8,021 bases of DNA from Octopus sinensis (Eukaryota), in NCBI RefSeq assembly GCF_006345805.1, contig NW_021828553.1:1-8021 (forward strand), in the 5' to 3' direction. Both the position numbers and the translations under genes were made by a program. The notes beneath the pieces were generated by a model. That model ran no database searches and had not been told where the DNA came from. It worked only from the letters and a program-made list of their open reading frames with translations. Positions 6,066 to 8,021 of the stretch are shown one piece after another. Every line of letters starts with the position of its first letter. The first letter of the stretch is position 1.

Positions 6066-6176
6066 GTGTGTGTGTGTGTTTGCGTTGGTCTGCCACCGCT
6101 ACTTGACAACCGGTGCTAGAGTGTTTACGTCCCCGAAGCACAGCGCTTCGGCAAAAGAAACCGCTAGAATATGTAC
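6066..6176 (+). mobile_element. Middle fragment of CORE-type SINE, near-identical to the reverse complement of 5412-5510
   Basis: 6093-6176 versus the reverse complement of 5412-5495: 3 mismatches in 84 nt. Confidence 0.85.
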
Positions 6177-6184
6177 CGAGTTTT

Positions 6185-6338
6185 CTTTCTGCTTCGACCT
6201 ACCAAATCCACTCACAAGGCTTTCGTCGACGAGAGGCCTTAGTAGAAGACACTTGCCCAAGGTTTCACGCAGTGGGACTGAACCCGGAACCATGTAGTTG
6301 GGAAGCAAGCTTCTTACCATAGACACACACCTGCACCT
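6185..6338 (-). mobile_element. 5' half of CORE-type SINE
   Basis: CTACCAAATCCACTCACAAGGC...GACACTTGCCCAAGG...GCAGTGGGACTGAACCCGGAACCATG matches the other copies. Confidence 0.9.
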
Positions 6339-6491
6339 GGGATTAATTTAATCGATTGTACCTTACGTCCGAAAATGTGAGATGGATGTTGTGCTAATAT
6401 TAAAAATCAACATGCAGATTACGTATTAGGCAACGACGACAAAAAAAAGAACTTCCGGTGAATAGGCACTGCGCAGCCAGCTTGGTTAGAC

Positions 6492-6560
6492 CAGTGGTTC
6501 CTAGTCTATGGTTCTCGGACCCTTGGTTGTCCGCAAAGGTAGTACTGGGGTTCCTTGAAC
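6492..6560 (+). mobile_element. Probable terminus of a hAT (Charlie-like) non-autonomous DNA transposon; partner end not seen
   Basis: Begins CAGTGGTTCC (Charlie-type TIR start), preceded by GGTTAGAC (partly fits the NTCTAGAN target preference); subterminal palindrome CGGAC...GTCCG (6516-6533). Confidence 0.5.
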
Positions 6561-6600
6561 ATCTTGAGCTGGTGGACCTTTCAATATCCTGTAGTCCGAA

Positions 6601-7148
6601 AGGCGGAGAGCTAGCAGAAACGTTAGCACGCCGGACGAAATGCTTAGCAGTATTTCGTCTGCCGTTACGTTCTGAGTTCAAATTCCGCCGAGGTCGACTT
6701 TGCCTTTCATCCTTTCTGGGTCGATAAATTAAGTACCACTGGGGTCGATGTAATCGACTTAATCCGTTTGTTGTCCTCTGTCCTTGTTTTGTCTCTCTTT
6801 GTTTAGTAGCCCTTGTGGGTAGTAAGAAATAAGTATTTTCGTATGCCGTTTACGTTCTGAGTTCAAATTCCACCGAAGTCGACTTTGCCGTTCATCCTTT
6901 CGGGGTCGATAAATTAAGTACCAGTTGCGTACTGGAATCGATCTAATCGACTGGCCCCGTCCCCCAAAATTTCGGGCCTTGTGTCTAGAATAGAAAAGAT
7001 TCTATTCCCCAACGACGGCGAGCTAGCAGGAACGCTAGTACGCCGGGCGAAATGCTTAGCGGTATTTCGTCTGTTTTTACGTTCTGTGTTCAAATTCCGC
7101 CGAAGTCAACTTTACCTATCATCCTTTCGGGGTCGATAAGTTAAGTAG
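6601..7148 (+). mobile_element. Three tandem units of a tRNA-derived SINE with an RTE-5'/Ceph-like body (6601-6832, headless 6833-7010, 7013-7148)
   Basis: Each unit has TACGTTCTG.GTTCAAATTCC (B box) and GTC.ACTTT.CC..TCATCCTTTC.GGGTCGATAA.TTAAGTA. Units 1 and 3 have the GAGCTAGCAG.AACG.TAG head; unit 2 lacks it. Confidence 0.88.
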
Positions 7149-7198
7149 CATCACAATTTCTCACATTACCCATAAGATATAGTAATTAACATTATAGG

Positions 7199-7312
7199 TT
7201 CTAAGGACAGCCACCATTGCTATTTTACAAACTGAACAGACATAATTCTTCTTTAAGATCGAGTTTTTTAAAAGAAAATGTTTTTTCTTTCTTTTTATTT
7301 TTTATTTTATTC
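7199..7312 (+). repeat. Unclassified dispersed repeat, copy 2
   Basis: Direct repeat of 3605-3715. Confidence 0.85.
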
Positions 7313-7527
7313 TTTTACTTGTTTCAGTCATTTTGACTGCGGCCATGCTGGAGCACCACCCTCAGTCGAGCAAATCAACCCCAGGACTTATTATTTGTAA
7401 GCCTGGTACTTATTTTATCGGTCTCTTTTGCCGAACTGCTAGATTTCGGGGACGTAAACACACCAACATCGGTTGTCAAGCAATGGCGGGGTGACAAACA
7501 CACATACACATGCACACACACATAAAC

Positions 7528-7575
<48 letters not shown>

Positions 7576-7763
7576 TATAGTATATATATATATATATATA
7601 TACGACGGGTTCTTCAGTTTTTCGTCTACCAAATCCACTCACAAGGCATTGGTCAGACCGAGGCTATAGTAGAAGACATTTGTCCAAGGTGTCACGCAGT
7701 GGGACTGAACCCGGAACCATGTGGTTGGGAAGCAAGCTTCTTATCACACAGCCACGCTTGTGC
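7313..7763 (-). mobile_element. Full-length CORE-type SINE with long internal (CA)/(TA) microsatellite (~7498-7602)
   Basis: Tail, body, microsatellite, CORE-like domain and tRNA head are all colinear with the 4202-4612 copy, in reverse orientation. Confidence 0.93.
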
Positions 7764-7895
7764 TTTTTTAATTACTTTTGTAAATTACTTCTTGTTAAAT
7801 TATTTTTGTAACTGGTAAAGTCCAAAACAACATTCCCAGAATTGCACAGATGCCAGTCTGCTGGCTTGAGACCGGTAAGATCGTACCCATGGATT

Positions 7896-8021
7896 CAGCG
7901 GGTGTGTAGTAAGAAGCTTGCCTACCAACCACATGGTCCCGGGTTCAGTCCCACTGCGTAGCACTTTGGACAAGTGTTTTCTACTAATGCCTCGAGCCGA
8001 CCAAGCCTTGTGAGTGGATTT
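7896..8021 (+). mobile_element. 5' part of CORE-type SINE (runs off the window end)
   Basis: GTGTGTAGTAAGAAGCTTG...GGGTTCAGTCCCACTGCG...TTGGACAAGTGTTTTCTACTA...CCTTGTGAGTGGATTT. Confidence 0.9.

Noticed and set aside
5855-6727. Cluster of six short ORFs on both strands
   Set aside because: They run across SINE and hAT fragments and show no coherent protein similarity.
6601-7148. Repeated GGGTCGATAAATTAAGTA units as a CRISPR-like array
   Set aside because: They are internal parts of tandem eukaryotic SINE copies; the intervening sequences are homologous rather than unique spacers.
7375-7642. YI-repeat ORFs
   Set aside because: They are translations of the SINE's (TA)n microsatellite.

Overview
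This is an AT-rich, non-coding stretch of animal DNA made almost entirely of interspersed repeats and microsatellites. The SINE families look like octopus (coleoid cephalopod) ones, which I recognise from memory and have not confirmed by a search. None of the listed ORFs is a credible gene. Conventional content: several tRNA-derived SINEs (a CORE-type family with an internal TA/TG microsatellite, a family with an RTE-5'/Ceph-like body, and a third short family), a mariner-derived MITE, a probable hAT end, and a 123-bp retroposon with a 12-bp target-site duplication. The main hidden signal is a cluster of five minimal type I hammerhead-ribozyme (HHR) motifs from three sequence families within 680-2753, the form known from Penelope-like elements and retrozymes. 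Two have fully intact cores and lie in the arms of a perfect 240-bp inverted repeat (907-1146/1217-1456) centred on a self-complementary TA tract. That structure appears inserted into the internal microsatellite of a split SINE. Two more motifs belong to a degenerate ~335-bp tandem/inverted unit that also carries a conserved hairpin. The palindrome could be an assembly artefact and needs read-level checking.
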